In this document: positions 29,401 to 41,482 of the stretch, piece by piece
How the letters are laid out: each line of letters starts with the position of its first letter
Numbering within the stretch: the first letter of the stretch is position 1
From: Balanoglossus misakiensis
Lineage: Eukaryota; Animalia; Hemichordata
NCBI GenBank assembly: GCA_040954595.2
Contig: CM082585.2
Coordinates: forward strand, 1,890,902 to 1,954,901
DNA: 64,000 nt
Direction of reading: 5' to 3'
Translations under genes and position numbers: made by a program
Notes under the pieces: generated by a model
The model's input: the letters and a program-made list of their open reading frames with translations, nothing else
Databases searched by the model: none
Told to the model about the DNA's origin: nothing

Positions 29401-29660
29401 TTCGGGTAGTTGGGTCCCCATAGAAGCCAAAACAGCAAAAAAATCAATTTTAGCACAAAAATCCTACGGGAATACACATCATACCACAAAACGGAAGTAC
29501 CCCCCCCCCCCCCGAGAAAAATATGATGGAGGGGCCCTTAAAATTGCACCCCATCATTTTCGGGTAGTTGGGTCCCAATAGAAGCCAAAACAGCAAAAAA
29601 ATCAATTTTAGCACAACAATCCTACGGGAGCTGTTTTTCATGACATACCATACCGCACTA
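26500..29660 (-). mobile_element. Academ-like DNA transposon, internally deleted non-autonomous copy with long repeat-built TIRs
   Basis: Left end TAGTGTGGTATG; right end reverse-complements to TAGTGCGGTATG. 3-bp TSD ACT (26497-26499, 29661-29663); removing the element restores the satellite variant cgactgcaaaatctc. TIR arms of ~0.8 kb are made of 154-180-bp subrepeats. An internal CXC-domain fragment matches Academ transposase C-termini as I recall them. Confidence 0.8.
27688..27930 (-). pseudogene. C-terminal fragment of an Academ-type transposase (tesmin/CXC-like Cys-rich domain)
   Basis: MRDKSYATNCPELPPIKKNGW...YPVKCLALPAPKAVLELIKCGCKAGCRGRCSCSKNDLLCTPLCKC. The 5' part of the gene is missing (deletion breakpoint ~27930). 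Confidence 0.75.
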
Positions 29661-32600
29661 ACTGCAAAATCTCAAAATTTGGTCGATTTTTGAAAAAAAT
29701 CATGGTGAAAATCATCAAAAAATGACAAATTTTTGATTTTGCAAAATCTCAAAATTTCGTCGATTTTGAAAAAAATTATGGGTTCGTCGATTTTTGAAAA
29801 AAAACATGGGTGAATTTTCGACTTTGCAAAATCTCAAAATTTCATCGATTTTGAAAAAAATCATGGGTTCGTTGATTTTTTAAAAAAACATGGGTGAATT
29901 TTCGACTTTGCAAAATCTCAAAATTTCGTCGATTTGGAAAAAAAATCATGGGTTCGTTGATTTTTAAAAAAAAACATGGGTGAAAATCATCAAAAAATGA
30001 AAAATTTTCGACTTTGCAAAACCTCAAAATTTCGTCGATTTTGAAAAAAATCATGGGTTCGTCGATTTTTGTAAAAAAATCATGGGTGAAAATCATCAAA
30101 AAATGACAAATTTTCGATTTTCCAAATCTCAAAAGTTCGCCGATTTTGAAAAAAAAATCATGGGTTCGTCGATTGTTTAAAAAAAACATGGGTGAAAATC
30201 AACAAAATGACAAATTTTCGACTGCAAAATCTCAAAATTTCGTCGATTTTTGAAAAAAAAATCATTGGCTGTAGCTCATGAAAATCATCAACAAATGTCA
30301 AATTTTCAACTTTGCGAAATCTCAAAATATCGTCGATTTTTGAAAAAAAACCATGGGTTCGTCGATTTTTGAAAAAAAACATGGGTGAAAATCATCAAAA
30401 AATGACAAATTTTCGACTTTGCAAAATGTCAAAATTTCGTCGATTTTGAAAAAAATTATGGGTTCGTCGATTTTTGAAAAAAATCATGGGTGAAAATCTT
30501 CAAAAAATGACAAATTTTCGACTGCAAAATCTCAAAATTTCGTCGATTTTCGAAAAAAAATCATGGGTGAAAATCATCAAAAAAATGACAAATTTTTGAT
30601 TTTGCAAAATCTCAAAATTTCGTCGATTTTGAAAAAAAATCACGGGTTCGTCGATTTTTTAAAAAAACATGAGTGAAAACCATCAAAAAATGACAAATTT
30701 AAGACTGCAAAATCTTAAAATTTCGTCGACTTTTGAAAAAAAGCATGGGTTCGTTGATTTTTTAAAAAAACATGGGTGAAAATCATCAAAAATTTACAAA
30801 TTTTCGACTGCAAAATCTCAAAATTTCGTCGATTTTTGAAAAAAAAATCATGGGTGAAAATCCTCAAAAAAACGACAAATTTTTGATTTTGCAAAATTTC
30901 AAAATTTCGTCGATTTTGAAAAAAAATCATGGGTTCGTTGATTTTTTAAAAAAACATGGGTGAAAATCATCAAAAAATGAAAAATTTTCGACTTTGCAAA
31001 ATCTCAAAATTTCGTCGATTTTGAAAAATTATGGGTTCGTCGATTTTTGAAAAAAAATCATGGGTGAAAATCATCAAAAAATGACAAATTTTCGATTTTG
31101 CAAAATCTCAAAAGTTCGTCGATTTTGAAAAAAAATCATGGGTTCGTCGATTGTTTAAAAAAAACATGGGTGAAAATCAACAAAATGACAAATTTTCGAC
31201 TGCAAAATCTCAAAATTTCGTCGATTTTTGAAAAAAAAATCATAGGCTATAGCTCATGAAAATCATCAACAAATGTCAAATTTTCAACTTTGCGAAATCT
31301 CAAAATATCGTCGATTTTTGAAAAAAAAAACATGGGTGAAAATCATCAAAAAATGACAAATTTTCGACTTTGCAAAATCTCAAAATTTCGTCGATTTTGA
31401 AAAAAAATATGGGTTCGTCGATTTTTGAAAAAATCATGGGTGAAAATCATCAAAAAATGACAAATTTTCGACTGCAAATCTCAAAATTTCGTCGATTTTT
31501 GAAAAAAAATCATGGGTGAAAATCATCAAAAAAATGACAAATTTTTGATTTTGCAAAATCTCAAAATTTCGTCGATTTTGAAAAAAATCACGGGTTCGTC
31601 GATTTTTTAAAAAAACATGGGTGAAAACCATCAAAAAATGACAAATTTTCGACTGCAAAATCTCAAAATTTCGTCGATTTTTGAAAAAAAACATGCGTTC
31701 GTCGATTTCTGAAAAAAAAAACATGGGTGAAAATCATCAAAAAATGACAAATTTTTGATTTTGCAAAATCTCAAAATTTCGTCGATTTTGAAAAAAAATC
31801 ACGGGTTCGTCGATTTTTTAAAAAAACATGGGTGAAAACCATCAAAAAATGACAAATTTAAGACTGCAAAATCTCAAAATTTCGTCGACTTTTGAAAAAA
31901 AACATGGGTTCGTCGATTTTTGAAAAAAAAACATGGGTGAAAATCATCAAAAAATGAAACATTTTAGACTGCAAAATCTCAAAATTTCGTCGATTTTGAA
32001 AAAAATTATGGGTTCGTCGATTTTTAAAAAAAAATCATGGGTGAAAATCATCAAAAAATGACAAATTTTCGATTTTGCAAAATCTCAAAAGTTCGTCGAT
32101 TTTGAAAAAAAATCATGGGTTCGTCGATTGTTTAAAAAAAACATGGGTGAAAATCAACAAAATGACAAATTTTCGACTGCAAAATCTCAAAATTTCGTCG
32201 ATTTTTGAAAAAAAAATCATAGGCTATAGCTCATGAAAATCATCAACAAATGTCAAATTTTCAACTTTGCGAAATCTCAAAATATCGTCGATTTTTGAAA
32301 AAAAAAACATGGGTGAAAATCATCAAAAAATGACAAATTTTCGACTTTGCAAAATCTCAAAATTTCGTCGATTTTGAAAAAAAATATGGGTTCGTCGATT
32401 TTTGAAAAAATCATGGGTGAAAATCATCAAAAAATGACAAATTTTCGACTGCAAATCTCAAAATTTCGTCGATTTTTGAAAAAAAATCATGGGTGAAAAT
32501 CATCAAAAAAATGACAAATTTTTGATTTTGCAAAATCTCAAAATTTCGTCGATTTTGAAAAAAATCACGGGTTCGTCGATTTTTTAAAAAAACATGGGTG

Positions 32601-32803
32601 AAAATCATAAAAAAATGACAAATTTTCGAGTTTGCAAAATCTCAAAATTTCGTAGATTTTTGAAAAAAATCATGGGTGAAAATCATCAAAAAATGAAAAA
32701 TTTTCGACTTTGCATAATCTCAAAATTTCGTCGATTTTGAAAAAAATCATTGGTTCGTCGATTTTTGAAAAAAAAAACATCGGTGAAAATCACCAAAAAA
32801 AAA
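29661..32803 (-). repeat. Same satellite, inverted orientation, diverged terminal part of the array
   Basis: Reverse-orientation monomers resume right after the TSD. Contains a ~977-bp duplicated block (e.g. 31434 vs 32411). Ends at ~32803. Confidence 0.95.
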
Positions 32804-33787
32804 TAGGTATTTGACTCAGAGTAAACAAGATTGTGTAATTGATACATGTCAGAACGAGATAGAGATATCACGCGCTAAGTTCATGTTTAAGAAATATTAA
32901 GATGACGTGTTCCTTTTATGACATAATACTTGACTAACGTATTAATAAGAGGTGGTGAAATTTGATATCACGTTATTATCACCGGAGATCCGTGACGGGA
33001 GTCAACGAGCATGGATAGAGTCGTGTAATTCTTACGTGTGACCAGTAATAAACCACAACTATTTGTGTTACTCGGAAAACTTGTTGAAAGTCTCGTTATG
33101 CCTCTCGTTAAGTTTACGATATGCCGGGTACCTCTCTCTGACTCTATGAATATGTTGGGTGGAGAAGGAGAGGGAGAGAATTTACACTCTCACCCTTCGG
33201 ACGTGGCTGATTCCCCAAAGAAGCCCCGATGAGGTAAACGTCCGAAGGATGGCGGGCGTAACAAAACTACAGTGTTCGCAACATGACCTCAGGTCCGCCG
33301 CAGGTTTTGCATGTTACAGCAGAAAACGTCTCCGTCAGACCACTAAAAGTAATACCTTTAGGACATAAATTATTTATCTTGAAAGATATTGCTGTATGCA
33401 AATTTCATCTCCGGATTGCTATCGGCGAAACATACCGAGGCTGTCGTCGCTATAGTTGGGACCGACAGTCGAGACCCACATTGTATTGTAAGGAAAGTTT
33501 TAGACGCAACTTAATCAAAGCAGGTATAGTTAGCAGAGCAGATTAAGTTAGCAGAGGAGTGTCGGTATCGTCCACCGTAAACAGGTGTATTCCTATCGGA
33601 TTTCAAGCGACAGTCAATTCCACTGGTCATCGATGTTTTTCTCCAAGGTGTTTGAAATACGTCTGTTCGATAGAGTCGTTGTTCCAAAATATGCACGGAT
33701 GCACGGAATGCGACCACATCTGGTTGTTGACAACAAACTAAGGTAGATTATGACTATAATCCCAACTGTCTCCTGTGTGACACACTC

Positions 33788-35755
33788 CTGTTGTGATTAT
33801 TGCTGGAATAGGCAATGTTTTAATCTGCCTGCAAAGACTCGTGTGACAAAGATTGTCGGCCAGTCAACATCACCAACGATATTAACAATATAAAATAAAT
33901 AAAATTTCAACGATTCAACTTCTTTTCTAGCTTCCTATCTGGATAGTTTGTTTTTTTTACTCTAAAGATCGCCTTTCTTCCAGGCCACGTGGCAAGAGAC
34001 GTTATCAACTTCTACTATGATCGATGCGAGAGTACTATAGTATTCTCATATACACAGACAAAGGCCACCAAAATAAGAGAATCATTTGGTCAAATGGTAG
34101 AGGGCGCAAAAACAGATATTTCAAATGACAAAATTTTCCGATAAACGTGTTTAATCAAATCAAACTGTGCTCAATGGTATGCTTGCAAAAATTGAATACA
34201 AATGAAACAAAACACAGCAACTGCCATGAACAAGAAGTTTATTCATGTCAAAATTCAATTTTTTTGAATCATTGATTTCAATTATCAGCTGAAAACTAAA
34301 ATTAGATTGTCATCTTGAACAGTATAAAATCAGCGAGCCATTAGACATTAAGTACCCAGCATACTAAAATAAAACCATGTAAACATGCACAATTAGATAA
34401 TCAAATAATTTTTATTTATTCACCATGATGTTTTTAATGTATGTCAAGTCAAAGTACTTGAAGTTATGGACGATCAATTAAAATAGAAAACTGTAATTTT
34501 AATGGCTGGGTAATGTATCCAATTTCTGCCCAATATATGAAATTTCCGAGTTAGCAACTGAAGAATTCGTGGGGAAAATAGTTACGTGATGTGTAACAGA
34601 ATTCACTTGGAAGTAAGGAGTTTTTGTAAAATCAACATGCATATTACAATTTATTTGTAAAAACTTGATTGGCAATGGAAAATTGGCGTTTAAATATATA
34701 GTACTTCAAGATGAACAGATAAAATATAAGTTATTACAGATGTCATTTTACGACAACAAGGAATGGTAAATCGTTCTTTAATATCTTTAAAGATGCCAGG
34801 TCAAAGGTCACCTTTGCAAATTCAACCACTGGTACCATAGCCATTTCAAATGTAGCCAAAAGTGCGCCACCACTTTCTTCAAACATACTGAAACCATCTA
34901 CAGGTTACCGTAGTCATATATCTCTTGGCATCCATGGCAGTTTAGCTAGTCATGAGCTGGCAAGGGGTGACCTGTAAGCTTTAAACTCTGGCTTCGGTAA
35001 TGTCGACTCTGGCTCTGGCATATACTTGCAGGTCCATATGACCTTGGGGTGAACATGGTCATGAAGAAATAAATAGAATCTGTTTGGTGCATTGTCAACT
35101 TCATTTTATAGTTTCAAAAAATTACAATATGATGAGTAATATTGTTGTTGTTTTCAAAGAGACTCACCACACACTTTAGTAAATCAATGACTTGAAAAAG
35201 TTTTGAGGACTATCATTTGTCAGAATCTCGGACCGCGAGGCACATACTACCTTAAATAGTTTCACTCGCAGCTTCTTGTGGGCAGTTTCTCCTTGCGTAC
35301 CTGTACAGACACACCAGGAGGCCGTTCCCGATGAACAACTCAACCCACATGAAAACATTCAAGCGTCTGGTCACACCCATTTCCGTCAAACAAGAACATG
35401 AATGAAACTGCGGAGGAAGAGAACGGGAGAGTGCCCATTAACCCTGTAATGACCAATCATTTACTGGAACAAGGTCCAGGATGTACGATCACTGGAGTTG
35501 AAAATAAGGTCATGGATTTGAAAATTATTTTGAGTTATGAAATTGAAAATACATATTTTTCATTGTGGATTCTCCGACATAAATATTATCAAAAACAATA
35601 AGGGTTGTCTTTTTAATTTATGACATATAACGCCATGAATCTAGCCCATTAATACAAAGGCAATACTAAAACACATTTCGGGTTAGCGTTATGACAACTT
35701 GAAGAAAGTATGAATACAAACTTTCTAAAGTAATATTTTAAAGGTTGGCGTATTG
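33788..35755. repeat. ~1.97-kb segmental duplication, copy 1 (copy 2 at 51383-53351)
   Basis: Both copies start ctgttgtgattattgctggaataggcaatg and end aaggttggcgtattg. They are colinear with scattered substitutions. Confidence 0.95.
34950..35407 (-). pseudogene. SOAT1: Sterol O-acyltransferase (SOAT/ACAT, MBOAT family) pseudogene fragment, last two exons
   Basis: Minus strand after acceptor ttctcttcctccgcag gives LNVFMWVELFIGNGLLVCLY-RYARRNCP, resembling human SOAT1 [31 protein letters not shown] with a 9-nt deletion. The next exon (acceptor at 35080) gives PRS(W)TCKY with a 2-nt insertion, resembling SOAT1 PRSWTCRY. Frameshifted. Confidence 0.7.
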
Positions 35756-35869
35756 ATTACAGCTTGTTTGTTCTGCTATTAATGGAAATTCGGTTAGAGC
35801 CGTTTGAGGCAACTCTTATTCTGTCAAAGTTATGGCGTTAACTTATTCTGATAAAGTTATGTTAACGCT

Positions 35870-35979
35870 AATCTGATTAAAATCAGATGTAGGGAACGGC
35901 GACGTGTTTTTTATGCTGTCGCAGCATCAAAAAACTACGTCGCCATTCCCTAGGCCTACATCTGATTTCAAACAGATTG
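35870..35979. mobile_element. Short palindromic MITE (~110 bp)
   Basis: aatctgattaaaatcagatgtagggaacggcgacgt ... acgtcgccattccctaggcctacatctgatttcaaacagatt folds back on itself. A related, more decayed copy lies at ~36240-36342. Confidence 0.6.
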
Positions 35980-36012
35980 TGTTAACATCAGGAACACTTT
36001 ACATACATAAAC

Positions 36013-36223
36013 TACTGTAAAACACTTTATTTTAGCGAGTTGAAATTTTCACGATATCGAGAGAGGCTACTGTTTCGCGAGTATTAATTTTCGCGTTCTC
36101 TTATTTCATTCACTGCATCGTTATCTTCAAAAATAATTATGCGACCTCTTATTTTCATACCATTTTGGCTCTCACGTATCTCGCGAAAATGTATTGCTCG
36201 CGAAAATAACTTGTTTCACAGTA
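36013..36223. mobile_element. TA-flanked MITE (TA|CTGTAAAAC ... GTTTCACAG|TA)
   Basis: Terminal inverted repeats with TA at both ends; internal ttcgcga-type inverted motifs. Confidence 0.6.
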
Positions 36224-36239
36224 TATGCAAATATGCAGT

Positions 36240-36342
36240 AATCTGAATAAAATCAGATGTATGGTACGACGACGTCTTTTACTTATGTGGTACAGTATTA
36301 TTAGTATGCTGTCGTCATACCAACTGCGATTTTAGTCAGATT
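36240..36342. mobile_element. Decayed palindromic MITE, same family as 35870-35979
   Basis: Starts aatctgaataaaatcagatgta and ends gattttagtcagatt. Confidence 0.5.
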
Positions 36343-36905
36343 GTATGTACGTCAACACTGATTGTTGTGGCTGCCTTAAATAGGTTTTCACTTTGCGCTA
36401 CCTCTATACGTAACGCGTTCACTCAGTAGACCAAAGTACACGGATGTCCAGCAGACAAGAGTTCCTGTTTATACCATGAGGCTAGAAGACTGTATTGTGT
36501 TATTATACAGTGGTGCAGTCTAGATTTTAGTGAGGGATTGAAGCGAATCCAATTGCTTGCTTGAAACTCGCCCATCGTGATTGTGCATTGATAAAATACA
36601 ATAATCATACCACAGAAACATAAATTCCAGCTGCGCCTATCAGCGAGATTGTCATAGCCTGGAGACCAGGGCGTCGGGGAAAAGAAACGCCCGGGGACAG
36701 TCTCTATTTACGAACAGAATTCTGTTCGTAGAACGACACGTGTGGTAAATCTTGCGTGTAAGCTAATTGGTCACTCAATGTTAACCACATGACATCGTCG
36801 CCTTCTAAATAAGGAAATAGAGGTGGAGTCATGTGTGAAATTCCCGCGATGGGATGTGGGAGTGGTTTTGAAAGTGTATGAATATTCATAACCAAGCTTT
36901 GTTAA

Positions 36906-37409
36906 AGGCACGTAAGGTGTAACTTTTGGGATAATTTTCATAATTTTTGTTTCAAACTGCACTACCATTAGTCCATGCAGATGGAGGTAGTGAACAATAC
37001 ACAAGCATTATAAACCCTAAGTATGAGTGCATATGCAAGTTTTAACCAGATAAATAATAAAGCTTTGCCGCAAGCGATTATGGCCGCCACCGTGGGAAAA
37101 TGCAAGAAACAATGAAAATGTTGCATTTCCGGTTGTGAAACTTCATAAACAAAACATGATCTCATCCACTTGAGCTCATGGAAGTAAATGTACACCACTG
37201 AGACATCAGATTTTCATTTTTCATTGCAATATTGCGCTTTTTTTAAAATTGCAGGAATTTTCGTTTTTCTTTAATTTTTGGCCATTTTGTCATAAATAAG
37301 TGTTGAGCTTGATATATTATCATGAAATAGCATTTAATAGACATAATTAAAAGCATATATGAGATTATTTAAAACTTTAATTTTTTATCCAGTTACAGCT
37401 TACGTGCCT
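36906..37409. mobile_element. Kolobok-like non-autonomous DNA transposon (TTAA TSD)
   Basis: TTAA|AGGCACGTAAGGTGTAACT ... AGTTACAGCTTACGTGCCT|TTAA, an 18/19 TIR match. Purine-purine termini rather than piggyBac CCC/T. Confidence 0.7.
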
Positions 37410-39120
37410 TTAATTATATCATCCAACCACTGGCGCCCGTCAACATTTGATAGATCACTCGTTATCCATTTGTTACTAAGCGACCTCGATCGTTGCCAAG
37501 ACTACTATCTTTCAGCTCAGCAGGACTTGCTCGACTGTCCCCGAGCGTTGTATTTTAGATCGACGCCCTGGTCTCCCGGCTAAGATTGTCAATATATACG
37601 CCGCATGTTGCCAGCCAGGGCCCCGACTGACATTCCCTCTGAATATACACACCCCTCTATTGAAAATGGAACATTCCTGCAAGCAAAGCATGTTGTACTT
37701 GCTTACATCAGCTGTAGTGACTTGTGTAGACCCCCAGCGCGCGGCCTCTACTGTCTGTATATGGTCTGTCACAGTCCCCGGGAGTAACTGTCATGACAGA
37801 AATCGGTTTGTCAACGGCAAAACGGAGATAAGGTGTTTTTTCCGAATATAGAATATTCAATTCTGTTTGATTCGGTCATGCCCAAAGTGTGCGTAGCTGT
37901 CGTCCTCTGACAACGCTCGCTCATATTTCATGCGGAGAACTTAAGTAGGTTCAAGCCAAGTTTTAATAGTTGGGCTAAGGTCTTCCCTGATAAGTGTTGA
38001 AATGTTTGGGGTGTTACTGTCCGGGCTGTAACGACTTGGGTCGTGGAAAATGGGGGCTGAAACGACTGGGGCCGAAAGGGTCAGAGTGCCGGAACGACCT
38101 GTTTAAACATGTCGTTCCAGCACTATGACCCTAAAGTGTTACCTAAGATAGTGTCCAGCGTCTAGCCGTTATTGAAATTATAGACCCTGCAGCGAGACTG
38201 AGCATGATTTGTTGTTGTCATGAAACTCATCTCGTACTCCAGTCACTTTCATACAAAACGGCTATGAGTGTCCAATGGTCTTTGTTGAGACTGTTTGACA
38301 TTGAATGGCATTGACCTCGCGGGAGGATATCCTTCATGAATACAATGCAGGATATAATTTACATTGGCTAAGGGCTTTGAGGTGCACCAAATTAGTAATT
38401 TAGACACACCTTAATTATTACATGCCACCCCAAACTTTTTTAAAGCAAGAAACAAAATTGCAGTGCTTTTCCAATGACGCTTTTTAAAATGTAGAATCAG
38501 ATTGTTTTCTTGTCGCTCAGGTGTCCAAAATAAATATAGCTGTGATCAATTCCTACTTAAAGCAAACAAAAGTAAATTGAGTTGAATGGGCACGTCCGGC
38601 CCATATTTGACCCATTTCACATTTTTTCTTTCTTAGGCTGCATTCACAAACACCTCTGGAGGGGGGGGGGAATTCATCTTTTACCGCTAATTTTCACATG
38701 CCCCCCCCCCTTTCACAACCCGAAATATTTTGAAATCCCCCTTCCGAACTGCCAAAATTTTGAAATCCCCCCATTTTCTTTCACAGAGCAAAACTCATAA
38801 CTCTGCTCAAGCGCTCCCATGAAAAGAATTTGAAACTGATGTTTCCCCTCATCAGTGGGTATTAAAACTGAACATTGTTTTTATTTTTTAAGTATTTTGT
38901 ATGATTATAATTAAAAAATATACAACTTAGCTAAAATGCTTAGATGAGTTAATCAGATTTTCAAAGTCCACCTAAAAGATCATTTAATCTTTCCAGGGTG
39001 CGGTTTATGTTGGAGATAGTATCAGTTAGGCTATTTCTCAGAAAATCAATGAACGATCTGCGGACACCCCGAATAATATGTTACCACAACGCTAGCCAGG
39101 AAGCACATGGGACATTTCAC

Positions 39121-39420
39121 AATGAGGCAGTGAACACTGGGGGGACCAGACTGACACGTTAACCAATCAGGGAGCTGTATGGTGAATAAATACATATTAA
39201 TAAGACCTAACCTACAAGGTCCTGCATAATGAGGCAGTGAACACTGGAGGACCAGACCTACACATTAACCAATCAGGGAGCTGTAAAGTGAATAATGCAT
39301 TGTAATAAGACCTAACCTACAAGGTCTGGTGAATAATACATAGTAATATGACCTAACACATAAGGTCCCTCCAATCAGCGAGCCGCAAGTGGACCTTAGA
39401 GAAGTGGATAAACCAATCAG
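39121..39420. repeat. ~107-bp tandem repeat (two copies plus partial) with CCAATCAG motifs
   Basis: aatgaggcagtgaacactgg...ttaaccaatcagggagctgta...aataagacctaacctacaaggtc at 39121 and 39228. Confidence 0.75.
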
Positions 39421-39469
39421 AACATGTAATACGTGTGCATAGGACCTGTAATGTAGGTCATTTTGAAAC

Positions 39470-39879
39470 AGGACTAGTTCACCATGACCAACCACATGAC
39501 CCAGGAAATCGATCTGCTCATAACCCACATAACACTTAGTTGGTCTCGCTGTTAACTTTGCCTTTCGTAGTCTGCTCATCAAATCTGTAATTGTCTTGAT
39601 ATGTTCTTCCCATGATGCAGTGTGGATCAGTATGTGATCGATATAGTTGTCTACGTTCTTCATATCTCTTAACAATCTTCTCATAATTCTGCTAAAAGTC
39701 GCAGCACTATTTACAAGTCCGAAAGGCATTTTGATAAATTGGTATAGCCCATCATGCGTGATAAATGCCGTCAATTGTTTAGAATTATCAGTCAACGGGA
39801 CTTGCCAATATTCTTTGCTGAGATCTACTTTAGTGAAATAGTGATCCTTGGATAACTTAGCAAAAAGCAAAAAGCTCAC
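39470..39879 (-). pseudogene. pol: Reverse transcriptase core of the Gmr1-type element (frameshifted, truncated)
   Basis: YFTKVDLSKEYWQVPL...MPFGLVNSAATF...NYIDHILI (YIDD mutated to YIDH)...DFLGHVVG. Frameshift at ~39860-39875 relative to the upstream ORF. Confidence 0.9.
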
Positions 39880-41482
39880 TCAGGTCTGGTGTAGGCTCTG
39901 CATCAAACACTGTTATGCGATTGAGCTTTCTCATGTCAACACAACAACGATTGGACCCATCAGATTTCTTCACCATTACCAGTGGAACAGCATATGGACT
40001 CTCTGAAGGTTCAGCTACTCCCATCTTAATCATCGTTTTGACTTCATCTTTCACTGCTTCACGGAGTGCATGAGGGATGGGGTATGGCCTACTGCATACT
40101 GGTGTTGGATCCATCAACTTGATGTCATGGAAACCCAGGTTGGTGTTACCACGAATATCAGTTAACATATCTTTGTAATTGATCAGCAACCTCCTCACCA
40201 CTTGCTTCTGTATGTCTGACAAGTTGTCACATACATTCACATCTGCAGCAAATTCTTTCTGCTTGAATGCAGGAACCCGCAGTAAGTCATCGTTTACTTT
40301 AACCCCTGTGTTCTCTTGTACTTCTGAAGATTCATAACTCTGCTCATCTATCACAGATACACACACAATCTCAAGAAGTCCAGCTGATACTTCATCTAGC
40401 TGATCAGTTCTTCGATAGTACCTCTTCAACAGGTTGGCATGGAATGTTTTCACCCTATGACCAAAGTCAATCTTGTAATCCATATTGCTCGCTTTCTCCA
40501 CCACTGGAAAAGGACCCTTCCAGTGCATAAGTAGTTTATTATGGTCAGTAGGTAGTAGCAATAACACCTCGTCACCTTTGTTGAACTTCCTCCATTTGGC
40601 CTTTCTATTGTAGTAGGACTTGTATTTGCCTTGTGATATCTTCAGTTCTTGTCTTGCTAAATCGCATGCCTTCTTTAATTTCTTTTGAAGATCAAGGATG
40701 TATTGATAAGTCGTTTTGGTTTCTGGTTCACTGATCTCTCCAGTCCATAGTTCTTTCAAGATAGCCATTGGACCACGCACACTCCTCCCATAAAGTAACT
40801 CAAACGGAGAGAATCCTGTGCTCGATTGAGGCGTTTCTCTGTAGGCAAATAGTAAAGCATTCAGATAACGATCCCAATATGTTGGACGTTCCTCACACAT
40901 CTTCCTGAGCATGAGTTTCAATGTACCATTGAACCGTTCCACTAGACCATTGAATGCTGGGTGGTATGGGGTGGTAGTCATCTGCTTTATAGACAAAAGC
41001 CGGCTGACCTCACGCATCACATCTGATGTAAATTGAGTTCCTTGATCTGTCAGAATTTCACGTGGACACCCCACTCTTGAGTAGATGTCCAGGAGCGCCT
41101 CTGCAACAGTCTTGGTATCAATGTTAGTCAATGCAACAGCCTCCGGATAGCGTGTTGCATAATCAACAACAGTAAGTATGTACCTATTCTTGCGTTCAGT
41201 GCATGGATGAATAGGGCCAACCAGGTCTACTGCAATACGTAGGAAAGGGATATCTATTAGTGGCATACTTCCAAGTGGTACCTTGGTCACCCGTCCCTTT
41301 GGTTGTGTCCGTTGACATGAATCACAGGACTGACAGTAACGGGAAACATCTGATGTTAGCCCAGGCCAAACGAAGTTGCTGAGGATCTTGTCTGTGGTCT
41401 TGTGAGTTCCGTGGTGACCACCCAGCACTGATTCATGGGCTAGTCTCATCACCTGGTTACGATACACTCTGGGAACCACCAC
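39857..41482 (-). pseudogene. pol: Integrase (HHCC, DDE, GPF) followed by the RT N-terminus, Gmr1-type pol
   Basis: AHESVLGGHHG...CDSC zinc finger; AVDLVGP, TDQGTQF, GLVERFNGTLK DDE core; WKGPFPV; then RPYPIP...SESPYAVPLVMVKKSDGSNRCCVDMRKLN (RT start). Confidence 0.92.

Noticed and set aside
1-32803. CRISPR-like or other spacer-containing array
   Set aside because: No unique spacers; whole monomers repeat; no cas genes; eukaryotic context.
1-32803. CENP-B box in the satellite
   Set aside because: TTCG is present, but I did not find the TTCGnnnnAnnCGGG spacing.
167-32871. Dozens of ORFs with repeats such as MGENHQKMTNFRLCKISKFRRFLKK
   Set aside because: Artefact of a 78-bp (26-codon) satellite monomer; frames break at every T-run length change.
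38020-38131. Short ggggc(c/t)gaaacgac repeats and a palindrome centred on gtttaaac
   Set aside because: Probably a MITE remnant; no boundaries or TSD could be defined.
38633-38780. Possible Harbinger-like MITE end (ttaggctgcattcacaaac...G/C runs)
   Set aside because: No matching opposite terminus found.
39265-39469. C-terminal third of the 204-aa RT ORF
   Set aside because: Read-through into non-coding tandem repeat after the truncation point.
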